In this document: positions 47,192 through 59,724 of the stretch, piece after piece | Layout: each line of letters opens with the position of its first letter | Numbering within the stretch: the first letter of the stretch is position 1 | From: Botryllus schlosseri | Taxonomy: Eukaryota | NCBI GenBank assembly: GCA_051294905.1 | Contig: CM119371.1 | Span: 15,874,001-15,938,000, forward strand | Direction: 5' to 3' | Length of the DNA: 64,000 nt | Translations under genes and position numbers: made by a program | The notes under the pieces: generated by a model | What the model was told of the DNA's origin: nothing | Databases searched by the model: none | The model's input: the letters and a program-made list of their open reading frames with translations, nothing else

Positions 47192-49740
47192 TCCGGTACA
47201 CGTTTCAAACCCGTTCTTGTTAAAGAGAGGATGACCTATCAAAACCAGTGGTTCTCAACCTTTTTGACCTTGCGATCCGGTATTACATCAATAATAAATG
47301 TGGCGGACCTGCGAGTCTTTTAGAATCAAAATTAAACCAAATTCCATTACCACAAAATGTATGCAACTAAATGATATCAATATTGGGTACTTGATATAAT
47401 GCTGCCTTATGATATTAGACGAGTTCGACGCGGATATATGGTCGTTTCAGCAAGGCGAAGTGTTGGTAAAATCCACCAATCACAGAAAAATGCGAGTTTG
47501 CTGTTGAGCCGCTATTCTAATTCTAAATGTCGCTAAACATGGTTCGATAAGCAATTATGATTAATCGTTCAAATCCTTGTTCGTGTTCACAACAATTCGG
47601 TATATGCGGCCTTTAATGGCACCGACGCCAGATTCCACGAACGATGTCAATTTACAAGTCCTTTTACCTATTATGCTTAACATGCGTGTTTTCTGATATC
47701 ATGAACTTTTATTCGTAAACGGGCGCATTTTCGGAAGTTACAGTTGACTCGGCTTAATTCGGACACTTTGAACATAATTATTAGAGAATCAACTTGTATG
47801 GCTCATGGCCATGGTCAAGCGTAAGGGAAGACGACGCATTAAAATACGTTACTGTCGTCGAACTATTGGAATGTGGCCTATCGAAATTTAACCAACTTTC
47901 CTGAAACGTCAGGGACAGCTGGATCGGATTCTGGTTCTATTGCAGATTTTGTTTCGGATAGCTTAACTTTGCTTCGGACGTTTTGGGATAGTTCCGACCA
48001 GACGTCACTTGATTTCAAGTCAAAAGAAGAAATCGTCAGCTGGATAACCAAAACGAAAAGTGTACCCCTTGTGATAGGACTCCTATCACTAGAAGGTTGT
48101 TCTGCCAAAAGGTCCAAGCAAGTGTAAATCAGTCAACTCTAAGCTTACCCTTTATAAAGGCTACGCCCTAAATGTATCTAGTTATTGTTACTTTATTCGA
48201 ATATTTCGGATTCTCCTGAATATATTGATGCGACTGTTCGTATTCGGACGGATAGGGGTCCTCGAGACTCGAGCTGTTGGATGGATCCGGATTCCCAGAA
48301 ATCAATGTCCGCTCATCACTGAACGGCGTGCGATATAGCCTACGTCAGTGGTTCCCAACCTTATTCGTCTCGTGCCCCCCTTGGCCGATGTTTTCAAACA
48401 TTAAGTACGCGTGGAAATATAATATGTTTCCAGAAAGTCTTAATTGATCCATTAACACCGTATAGCAGGGAGAGGGAGTTATTTTCCCCGTTGAGCCAAA
48501 TGTGAACGAGAAAATACGCAGGCTGGACGACAAGAAAGTTTGAACTGTATTTTGCAGCGTACAGTTTTATTTTAAAAAGTAGGGAACTACATTGTTAAAA
48601 CATCTTACTAGGTGGACTCGTCAATATGAACAGGACGTAGTACATTCTGTCTTCGTCCTATAACATGGGTCGGGAACCTTTTTCGCCGAAGGGCCTTATT
48701 GGTCCGTTATTTTGAACTGTACGTCGCAAAGAGCCATACACGTCGTAACTGTTACATCACCATTGAAAATTCGTTACGGTTTGCAGTGGTTCTCAACCGC
48801 CGGTCCGCGACGACCTTTCTGCCGGTCCGCCAGTTATCTTAAAATGTTATACTTCAATTTCAAGATGCAAAATGTTGAAGGCTTGTCAATTTTTTAAATG
48901 AAGAACACATCGAATTTAAACATAATTAGAACTTCGTGAGGTAAGTTTAGCCCTGGTATATTCGATTTAACTTAGACCTGGGCAAAGCATAAGGCCCTTG
49001 GGCTAAATGCGGCTCGTGACAAGATTCTAACTTGCCCGAGAAAAGTAGCCTGGAATTTAGAACATAAAACCTACTTTTGAATACTAATGTGTGAACTAAA
49101 ACCGAAGGCTGCATAAACTGAATCGGAAATGCGTTTACTTTAAATCCTGTTTTTCATCTGTGTTGTACATTAGTGATTTTGCAGCCTACGTATAGGTCGT
49201 GCAATTTGGATTCAAAATACTGCTTGTATAGCAAAGTATACCGTAACAATTATAGTCAAAAGTAACGGTTTCAGATAGTTCAAAACTTTGTGTTGCCACT
49301 GTTACATCACGAATTAACCAGTCTGTGATTTGTATTGTTATGACATGCGTTTTCAATCCATAAACCGTAAAACAAGTCAATTAGTGCACGTGAGCACTGA
49401 GCAGGGGTCACCCGAAAACGATGAACAGGTATATGCTAAAAATAGAGGTGGAGGCTTGAGGCTGACATTTAAAAAAGACTTGAAACAATAAATATCTGTT
49501 TACTCGAATGAGAGAGAAACGAGCCATTTTCTTTGTGGTGAGCAGGTAGCCGTGTTTGGAGATATATTCTGAATCGGCATTATGAGAAAAAACGCACTGA
49601 AATACTAACACTCGTTGCTGGCTGAGTCCGAGAAAGCGCGAATTCCAGAACATTTGCCAGAGAAACTCTAGAAACGACAAAGTTGGATTTCACGCTACTA
49701 ACAGCCCGGGACCAAGACCAGCATGTAATATCCCAAATAC

Positions 49741-50721
49741 TAGGGATGGTGTGAACCTCTGAAAGGTTCGGGTTCGTGTGAACGCGAACCTTTTTGAAAG
49801 GTTCTGTGTGAACACGAACGTGAACCTCGTGACGTCATGTTGCTAATTCCAACCCTATCTTTCAATGAAGTGATAGTCTATATTATTGTACACGATGCCT
49901 AGCGAAGACTCGGGCCACGTAATGTCGCATTGCTGAAGTACATATTGGCGTTTTAAACGTCGCTAAATGTATCAACCGCGGTTATCAAAGGATATATTAA
50001 TCTCATAAAATCAATACATTCGTCGTTTTGCCAACAATTTCGACGAGGACTTACCAGGAAATATAAGCTTACGCCTTAATGGTCTTAGCCAGACCGGACA
50101 ATGTGTTCGGAATCTGAGTATTGCTACATTGATATTGAGCAGAGTGTAAAACGGGTTTCTATACTCGCTACCGATACCATAAACAACAAGTTATATAGCA
50201 GTAGCCAGCACCTTAATCGCACGGATTTGGTTTTAATGATACAGTAAAGACATGAAGTCGAGATTGACCCCATACGCCTGCTCGATTTTTTACATCAGAA
50301 AACGATATCAATGTCATTGATTGGTTTAATAGGCATCATTCGCTGACTACGTATATCGCTCGTGATGTTGTGTGATTGCGGGTCAAGCTCACGGCAGAGA
50401 GTCACTAATTATTCACAAACGGAAAGCTGGATATTTCGAGAAATTTTTGGTAACAAAAATGCAAGTAAAACTTTTAAGGTTGTCACGGTGCATGCTCGTT
50501 TAGTGTTGATTTTTTATGCTGCCAGCGCCATGCATAGAGTGACCCACAGTTGAAATGCAATGAACTTGAACCAAAGATCTTATAATTAAGTGCAAATTAC
50601 AATTTACCAAAAAGGTTCACAGTGCAGAACCTACCAAGGTTCTGTTGTGAACGCGAACCTCTAAATTTCCGAGGTTCACACACAGAACACGAACGTGAAC
50701 CTCACGTTCACACCATCCCTA
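49741..50721 (+). mobile_element. GTGAAC-array MITE, copy 3
   Basis: TIRs are TAGGGATGGTGTGAAC and GTTCACACCATCCCTA. Perfect TSD CCAAATAC. Confidence 0.93.
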
Positions 50722-51051
50722 CCAAATACATTTCAACGTCTCCGTAAATAAAAGAGTACAGAGAAATGTGATTTAACTGAGTTAAGAGTGATTCGTGCTT
50801 CAAATGGTTTTGCATATTGTCACTAAAAAAATCGAAATAATTTTTGGTAAATTAACTCTCACTTTCTTATAGCCTAAATTTAACACATCCACTTAGCTAA
50901 CAGCTTGTGTAAACAATGTAATTCACTGCTCTTATTTCAAAAATAAAATACGTCACGGAATATAGTCCAAACTTTTGGCCCGGCCCGCGAAGCTATTTTT
51001 TGCTTCTCACTTCGCACGCTTAAAAAACCAATGCTCACCCCAGATTCAACA

Positions 51052-51525
51052 GGAAGTTCAAGCCGTCTCCGATGCTAAATCAGCATGTCCCTAGATTCAT
51101 TAGAGCACGCTCGGTGAAAAGCTCACCCTTAACTCGTCCGCTCAAGAATGATGCGGAACAACCAAAGGCCATAAAGTCTGCAATTAGCAGACACTTGTTG
51201 GATAATCCCGCATGTGCGAAAAATTATCGAGACGACAGATTTCGCATAGTCGGAAAGGGTCGTTCACACTTTCATTTGTGTGCCTTGGAGTCGACTTTGA
51301 TCAAAATACACCAGCCAAGGCTGTGCCAACAAAAGGAGTTCGTGTATCATCTAAAAATAGTACATCGAACGCTCTCGTATTCGACATTTCATGCTGGTGA
51401 CGTCATATTTTGTGCTACGAGTGTTGATATACACTGTTCTTTTCAATTCTCTACTAGTTGCTGACGATTACGCCTGACGAGTGTCAGCCGAAAATATTCG
51501 GGTTCATTTCAACATGAATATACTA
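51052..51525 (+). mobile_element. Heavily 5'-truncated Penelope-like copy
   Basis: NQHVPRFIR...AISRHLLDNPACAKNYRDDRFRIVGKG...LESTLIKIHQPRLCQQKEFVYHLKIVH matches the C-terminus of the 5783 ORF. The stop TGA is mutated to CGA and the 3' UTR is the same. Confidence 0.92.
51460..51503 (+). ncRNA. Minimal hammerhead ribozyme, copy 2
   Basis: Reads GCTGACGATT-ACGC-CTGACGA-GTGTCAGCC-GAAA-ATAT-TC^GGGT. The core is identical to copy 1, with one G.G mismatch in stem I. Confidence 0.72.
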
Positions 51526-53219
51526 CTCAATTGTATATTGAAGTTCTGTTCCTCCAAGAAACTGTTCACTTAATAATTAGTATAATTACGAACAAAACTC
51601 TCAAAACGTTTCTCTCTAGTACCGTACTGCAAAACAGTTTCTTGGCTGGACATTTTGGGATGATTTCAATTTTTGATGGTCCACCGGTCCGCCACATATT
51701 TTGTCGAATTATTACCGGTCCGCGAGGTGAAAAAGGTTGAGAACCACTGGTTTAAAGCACAGACCTGGCAACAATCAATATTTGAAATTTAATATGGAAA
51801 CAGTGACTTGTAACTTCAATTGTTACGGTATAAGTTGCTGTATCGGCTTCATTTTGAACGTGGATTACTCGCACGAGGCAGGTACGGTACCGTAGGGTTG
51901 CATTTCAAACAAAAAATAATCGATTTAAAACAATCATGTTCAAAACAAACCCATTGTTTGAAACATGCTTTTCCTTGTGTTTTTTGTTTTGGTTTTTAAG
52001 CCATGACGTCACGAATATACGATTCTGGCGCCATAGTGGTTTGACATTGATTAATTGACGAAATAACTGCACTATTGCTGTTGAACCGACTATTTTGAGG
52101 GTTCCAACCATTCCACATCGATATACGTCGGCTATATCGGGTGGAAATTGTCCGTAGGCTCATATGATTTTGAGATTTGAAAAAATGAAAAATTTTCAAG
52201 GACTTTGTTCAAAACATGTCTCGAGCAATGTTCCCTCTAATTTTTCACGAGTCTGCGCAGACACGCCAACTCACTGCGCAGGTCCTTGGACAACAGTGCG
52301 CAATCACCCCCCATAGGGTGATAAATTTACCTTCTGGGGGGCTTCGCCCCCCAGACCCCCCTCAGGCTCTGCGGTTTCCGAGTCTTATCATCTACATTGG
52401 GGGGACATTTAGCGGTCTTGTCGAACGCGCGAAGCGCGAAAAAATTATATAACTCGTGATTGAATCGGTCAATATGTTCGGGAATTGTATATATATTGCT
52501 ATCAATTTTTATCCTCTCTCTGCTCACATAATCAGAGTTACCGGTAATAGAGTTGATCGAGTGAGGTGTGTTGGAATAGATAGGCCATCTAAATAAAAAT
52601 AAAGCACCTTCGGGCGTACCCATTGGTATAATGACTTCGTTACATGATGCTATTTCGTGACCTCCTATCTGCTATGTCAAAAGATATCGAAATCGCCCAA
52701 AAGTACTAAATTAAAAGACGTAGGCTACACAATTTCAAATTGGTATTTCTTTACTGGCAAATAATGTTCCCTCGATATGGCTTTTGTCTTGTTGTGGGAC
52801 TCGGATCACCAGGACAGAAACATTCGGTGCCAGCCATTTAGGTGCCTATGGACAATTTAACATATGTTTATATACAAAAGGCGAAGAACTCTAATTTTCC
52901 CTAGGTATGCGGGATCGATTACGTCACAAAGGGCTGACGTCATAGTGCGTCAGAATTGACAATTGAAACGACTCGCAAGCGTTCAATATCACCTCTGTCA
53001 CTTGTATATGTTGACAAAATTACGATACTATGAACCAGACGCGTCGCCAGCCGGCCCCTTGCTGTATTGATTGAATTCATTTCAAATTTAATTTACCAAG
53101 GTAGTATCAGTTTATTTTGGTCAACTATACAATATACATGCACCATGCCGATAATACACCGACGGGATCAGCATCCTCGCGCAACGGACTCGCACCTATG
53201 ACAAATATGTATTCGACAT

Positions 53220-53269
53220 ATCACGCGACCATAAGATTACTAGCATCACGCGACCATAAGATTACTAGC
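53220..53269. repeat. 25-bp perfect tandem duplication
   Basis: ATCACGCGACCATAAGATTACTAGC occurs twice. Confidence 0.9.
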
Positions 53270-53636
53270 GAGTCCGGCTGTGCACTGTGTGCAGTGTGCA
53301 CTGTGTGTTGTGTGCATTGTGCAGTCAATTAGCGAGCTTGCAATCTTCCGCAACATATTCGTCAACACGCGCGCCGACAATCAGGAAATTTCAATCACTC
53401 CGCATCGAGAACAAACGAACACGCATCTTTGGCGACGGCTAATAAACCAAAGTTACGGAATTATTTTGCCAAATGGACTCTATTCATTAGTGATTCTGTT
53501 GTCATAGGAGTCAAGAAATTTCGATACCAAGAGCCTGCAGGACATTTTCTGATCGTTCTGTGTTAGTATTAGCATTAATCAAAATCAATTACGATGCTGT
53601 CTGTTCACGGTCAGTATGTATTTCAATCAATTCTCT

Positions 53637-53784
53637 CCATGTACAATGTCTGAGCCACTCTGACATCACAATCACAGAAGACGGCGTCCCGACCTACGTA
53701 TCAGATATCACCATGTACAATGTCTGAGCCCCTCTGACATCACAATCACAGAAGACGGCGTCCCGACCTACGTATCAGATATCA
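53637..53784. repeat. 74-bp tandem duplication
   Basis: CCATGTACAATG...GTATCAGATATCA starts at 53637 and 53711, with one mismatch. Confidence 0.93.
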
Positions 53785-56700
53785 TATTCCTACGGAGCAG
53801 GAGATGACAATCGCCATATTTCGCGCCTATAGAGATTGACTTCTTTAGTATCAACGTCTCGGTCTAGTTGCCTCGCGTTGCGTCTTCTAATTGCTCGCGT
53901 TAGATCAATGTATTTTTTCGAATGTACTAATATAGAATCAATGCGTAAATGACGATTATACGTGAACTTATGAAAAGCTTGTCAACGAGTCCGGAAGTGC
54001 TGTCAATTAGGAAGTCCCCGAACAATTAACGCGCTTATCGACGCGTATTACGTGGCGTCTTTTATAACCCAAGCCTTGGCACACATCTTCTGATGGCTAT
54101 GTTCTGTTCAAGTATTAGCGGAAATCACGCACGCGCATGCTTGCCGACAGTCGATATCATTCAGGTTCGCGATGTCAATCTTTAATCGCAATCGAGATAT
54201 TGGAGCCTAAGCATACTAGGCCCGAGACGGAATGGTTAGGCCAGAGATGTTATATTTCGTACCCGGCCTATTGTAGACCCAATTGTACAGGCCAGCGATG
54301 GTAAAGTGCGCACAGGGCCTATTGCAGATGCGATTCTTCAAGCCAGAGGAACTAGGCTTGTTGGAGACGCGATTAATCAGGTCAGCGACGATTGCCGAAT
54401 GCTTGGCAATCAATGACAAATTCGCAATAATCTTAGCGGGAGACCGCGTTGCGTTACATCGTGCAAAAACGATTCTCGCGAATTGGAAACACGCTTCTCG
54501 CTAATTGACGTGCACAAAACTGATAAATACGACTACGGTAGCTGAATTGCAACTGAATATTAACGTCAAAATGTTGATTTCAAAAGGAAGGATTTCGCAA
54601 GGCGCTCAGCAGCGCTACGAAATACATTGCTTATTTCTAAATCCATCAATTCACCAGCCAGTCACCTACATGCCTAACCGAATTCTGGGTATATGGCATA
54701 CCCCAAAAATTTCCTAGGTATGCACGGCATACCTAGCATACCCGAGTTCAGCGCCTATAATATATCGAAGTTTTCGGTCAGCACTAGGGCAGTCCTTTTC
54801 GGCCAAGGTTTGCTCGCTGCTGATCGTTCTGGTGCACTTCTCGGAGTCGCATGTTACATAGTCTATAACTTTATGTCTTGGCGCGTCGTGGTGCAGTAAT
54901 AGCCGACGCCGAAGTGCCCAACTGCCCATTTCTATAAATCATGCGTATTTATTTGTCGGGAAAGAGTACCCAATCACCAAGATATCTGACAATATTAAAT
55001 CGCGCGTTGTGGCAATCTTTTTATTTTTATATTCGGAAAAATACACCATGTTTTATAATAATTCACGAAATAATTTTGGGTGCCCTTCGAGCTCGACCCC
55101 TCCAATTGGGGGGTTTGGGTGCGGCAGTTACGGTCCTGAGTAAATCTTACGCAATGTTCATGCCACGCGGGGAAGACTATTCGTTAGTTTCTCGCAGATT
55201 AACTTCAAGCTAGTCCATTGTTGTTTATAACTTTGTTAAACTATAGAGACTGTAGTCCTACAGTCTCTCATATTATTTCGTCATTCCTAGAAAATAATGC
55301 GCTATTGAAATGACGTCAAAATCGCTCACGCGTACGAGACCATACTAAAAAAATCTCTTCGTGAAGCGCACGTGATTGCAAATTCTCATTTCTTTAGGGA
55401 GCGCAATATCGACATTTGCGGGTCGCACTTGTACCTCGGTTTCAGACTTCAGTGATAACACTATTTGCCCCTGGCAATGTTCCCTCTAATTTTTCAGGAG
55501 TCTGCGCGCCTGCGTGGTCCATTAGACAAAAGTGCGCAGCAACTAAAAAAAAGCATCACTTCGGATTTTTGGTGCGCAGCTTAGTTTTTCTGTGCGCAGA
55601 GACCGTTTCAGCACTGCGCATTTGCGCACGTGCGCAGCTTAGAGGGAACATTGGTCTCGAGCAAAGTGTTTTAAAACACCGTTTGTTTTAAATGCAACCC
55701 TAATGGTACGTAATACAACACATAAAGAAGATATGACTTCGTAGTAAAGGAATTTGCGGATCAATTTCTCTAGTAGTTTCTGATCACATATTACCATTAA
55801 TAAATAGATTTGATGGTCTAAATTGCAAGGAGCTTTTCGCGGACCTCTAAGAATCGCGTCGGAGGCTGCATTTGGCCACCTGTCGCACAATGCCTAGGTC
55901 TGCCTTGTATGCTATGGTTGAAATTTAGTAAATCAACCTGCCACCCACGCATTAACAAGGACTTCTGCTGCTCCAACTTGCAATGCGAATGAATTTTTCT
56001 CAGTCACAGGCCAACATTGGCGACAGCGACGGGTTCGTCGTCACATTCGCACTGGCGGTTGGTAAACGGAAATCCCGTCAATTATCAGTGTCGCACCTAC
56101 CCGCGCCTTGTCAAGCCTACTCACGACGAACTGCTGAGATCATGGCGTCGCGTTCAAAATAAGCGTATCAGCGTCGAACGAGAACGGGTTCTTATGAAGG
56201 CAAAAGCCGCGAGAATTGGATATCTGATGAGAAGTACCGACGAACACACCACCGTGTGAATTTCACTCGATTTTATTGAATGATGCTATTCCTGAAGTAA
56301 ATACACCAACCACATTATGTAAAATCTTGTCTCCAGTGTCAGCACCCGATGCAGTAGACTTACTCGACCACTTGTTGACCTTTGTATGTCGATAATATAG
56401 TGTTCATGCGTTGCCAGAGAGAAGCTACGACAATGCAACTTTATGTGGCACTATCTCGTTGCATTATCGCCCAACTACCCCAGTGTCCATCGTTGGAATG
56501 TTGGTACGCAATAGTCAAACTGTCCATACGCAGATTGAGAATGAATAAAGACCAACGTCTCAGCTTGAATTGAGCAACCACACAACGACAATGCAAGCTT
56601 ATCTGATATTATTACAATATTGCATTTCTGAAAAGTGTAGTTCATTTTCCAAATTAGGAATGAACGACATTTGATAAATGCGAAACCGGCAAACAAGGTA

Positions 56701-56964
56701 TCAGATCAGCCGAAGCGTCATTTCAAAACGCCACCTACTATAACGCAAGGTTGGTGTCTGGCCACCACGATGAAGATTTGAAGTGTCGGGACATGGAAAT
56801 GAATAGGAAGAAATTTTCGTTAAACTACAAGTGACCGATAGTGCTATGTGATAAACTTATACATACAGATACGTCCAGCCGAATATCTTATAGATCGTTG
56901 TTTGTATTTTGCGTGACGCATGATTTCACGTATCACTATTTGCCTACACCTATTGGGTATAGAT

Positions 56965-58321
56965 CAGTGTTCCCAAACGGTGAAGCATTCCGCACTGGTG
57001 GGGAATTCAATGGTTTCTGGTGAGGAATAGACGCATTTGTTCAAAATTATATAGAGGACAGTCTACATATTCACGGAGACGCATGCGCAATTACCGTTAC
57101 CAGTTAACTGCTCTGGAATGCGTGTATCGAAAATTATATTGCGTGTTGTTCACAAAACCTCGTTTTTAACTCTGGATGGCCAATTATGGCGCACAAACGC
57201 ACGACTAGTTTGACGTGAAATAAGGCTTTCGCGAAATTTTGAGCGTTACTGGTATCATTTCAATATACGTTTTATGCTGCAGTTATAAGCGATTGTCTTG
57301 CCTACTGGTGTGGTTGTGTGTCGTGTGTAGTCAATCCAGCAAATAGCTGCTCCGTGATGACAAAAGTGCTGGGTAGTGGCCTGTGGGGACAGGACCGTAA
57401 CTGCCGCACCCTAAACCCCCCGCGATTTAATATTGCCGAATATCTGATTATTGGGTAGTGGGTACCCTTCCCTCACTAAAATACCTAGAATTTATAGAAA
57501 TGAAGACTTCGGCGTAGGCCATTACTGCGCCACGACGCACCAAGACATGAGGTTATAGGCCATGTAACATGCAACTCCGAGAAGTGTGTCACAACGATCA
57601 GCAGCGAGAAGACCTTGGCCGAGAAGGAATGCCCTTGTGGTGACCTAAAACTTCGATATATATACAATATACAATTATACATATATGTTCAATTGGCTAA
57701 ATGGCTGGCGCCGAATGTTCCTGTCCTGCCGATCTAAAGATTCTGAACCCCACAGGACAAATGGCAAAAATTATTTGCCAGTAAAGCAATACCAACTTGA
57801 AATCGTGAGTGCCTTTTAGTTTTAAAGATTTCCACATCTTTTGACATAGCATATATAGGAGGTCACAAAATAGCATAATAGCATAATGTAACGAGGTCAA
57901 TATACCAATGGGTCCGCCCGAAGATGTTCAGTTCTTATTAAGGGGTACCACCTTTTCCAACACACCGCGATCAGCTCTACCGGCCAATCTGATTACGTGA
58001 GAAGAGAGGGGATAAGAAATTGATAGCAACATATAAGCAATACCCGATCATATTGGCCGATTCAAACACAAATTATATAAATTTTCCGCGCCTCGCGTGC
58101 CCAGTCGAAATAAGGCGACGCACTAAACAGTAGACCCAACGTAGCGGATAAGTTGCAGGGGAAAAGCGTACAGGCTCAGCGGGCTGAGGGGGTTCTGGGG
58201 GCCTAAGACCAACGGTTTTTTTTGGCGGGGCTGAAAGAGTGCTGTTACGGTACTGGTGGGTAATGAAGGCTCGGAATAGATCTGAAGTGGGGAATGAAGA
58301 CAAAAAGGTTGGGAACCTCTG
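56965..58321. mobile_element. hAT (Charlie-like) MITE with an internal repeat fragment
   Basis: TIRs are CAGTGTTCCCAAAC and GGTTGGGAACCTCTG, with perfect TSD GTATAGAT. 57390-57660 is an inverted relative of 54760-55140. Confidence 0.88.
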
Positions 58322-59724
58322 GTATAGATAGAAATCGTTACAAAAGACACATAGGCATATTGTTATAGTCTTGACAGACGGAGGTTGAAGAGTTACTAAT
58401 TGCTGTCATTGCGCGGTGCAAATATAATCGCGAACTTTCCACACAGACCGTGAGTAGGTGTTTTTATCAGCAAGCCAAATTGAGAGGTGAGTCAAGGAAG
58501 GTTTTCAAATCAAAAGTTGGGGTCGCAACCATCAAAAAGTTGGGAACACACGTACTGCGGTATATGAATCAAGTATTCACCAGTAAACGAAACAGATTCC
58601 AGCGTTGGGCACAAGTCAATAAATTAACACCTTGCTGTACTTGTGATATCTCAAGGCTAACAAGTGTTACGCAGGAATGCACGACGACGTACACTAAAGT
58701 ATAAATGGAATGGCGTGTCAGAAAATAACTTCCCATGCAGTATAGTATGGCCATGGCCATTTATTCATGAATTAGACGAGCATATAGGCTAATACCTTCC
58801 AATACGCATACGGGAATCAGGGATCGCCAGCTCAAAACGGGCCACTGGCCACTTTTAACATTTCGTAGAGGTCGCGTGAATTCAATATGAAGGTAAAATG
58901 GCACTGTCCACGCCATTACACGTCAAGACAATATACTCATTCATATCAGTTGATTCTCTCTCCATGGAATGTTGCTGCCATCGCAAAAGCCGTTTCAGCT
59001 AGTAAGGAATGGTGATGTTGGGCACATGAAAATAGCATATTTTGAAACAACAACGACAATATTTGAAAACTGCAAAATGCTTTATTTAGCGTACTTCCAA
59101 AATCAGATCACGGGTCGAAAAATACAATCTCGCGGGCCTCGTGTTGGTGACCCGTGGTCTACGTCATCAGCGCTGACACTCAAGTAGAAGTAGAAATAAC
59201 CCTGCGAATTTCCACCCAATTCCAAGTGGATGTATCAAGTTCCGAGACAAATAGAAGACGAAAGATTTCAAACTAGTGAAGGAAGCTGATTTAAAAAGTA
59301 GATTGGTCGCATGCCTTTAGCAATGGAAGTTGACAGATACAACCTCACGTCTAACGCAAAATTTCAATAATGCCACTGCCAATAAATAAAAAAAAGTGGA
59401 AACATCTTCAGCTAATATTATATACGGGGTTACCAGATTCTTATGGCAATTTCAGTCACAAAAGTAATGCAAACTTATCACGGAAATACTTTCTAGTTTC
59501 TACTTAACATAATCCAAGTAGTTTGACCCTAAAACTATTCAAATAGAGGTAACATAAAAACTTGAGTACGCATTGCACGGATGCAGAACGTAGCTGAGTA
59601 CACTGGACTTCTGATTCATTTCTCGCGATGTGCATGCGATGATCACGCATAGCTATTTATTATTGCAGTGTTGCTATGAATGAAATCTTGAACCAAAACT
59701 TATTCAAGCACTGAACGATAATCT

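Larger units (their letters stand above)
48784..51749. mobile_element. Probable Charlie-like MITE expanded by nested insertions
   Basis: Ends are CAGTGGTTCTCAACC and GGTTGAGAACCACTG, with CCGGTCCGC motifs at both. The TSD is not clean. Confidence 0.55.
52226..55653. mobile_element. Composite CAATGTTCCCTCTAA-ended element (3.4 kb)
   Basis: Outer TIRs are CAATGTTCCCTCTAA (52226) and TTAGAGGGAACATTG (55653), with perfect TSD GTCTCGAG at 52218-52225 and 55654-55661. An extra internal left TIR lies at 55475. Confidence 0.88.
51893..55702. mobile_element. TAGGGTTGCATTT-family MITE hosting a 3.4-kb insertion
   Basis: TIRs are TAGGGTTGCATTT and AAATGCAACCCTA. A short uninterrupted relative lies at 62576-63018. 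Confidence 0.8.
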
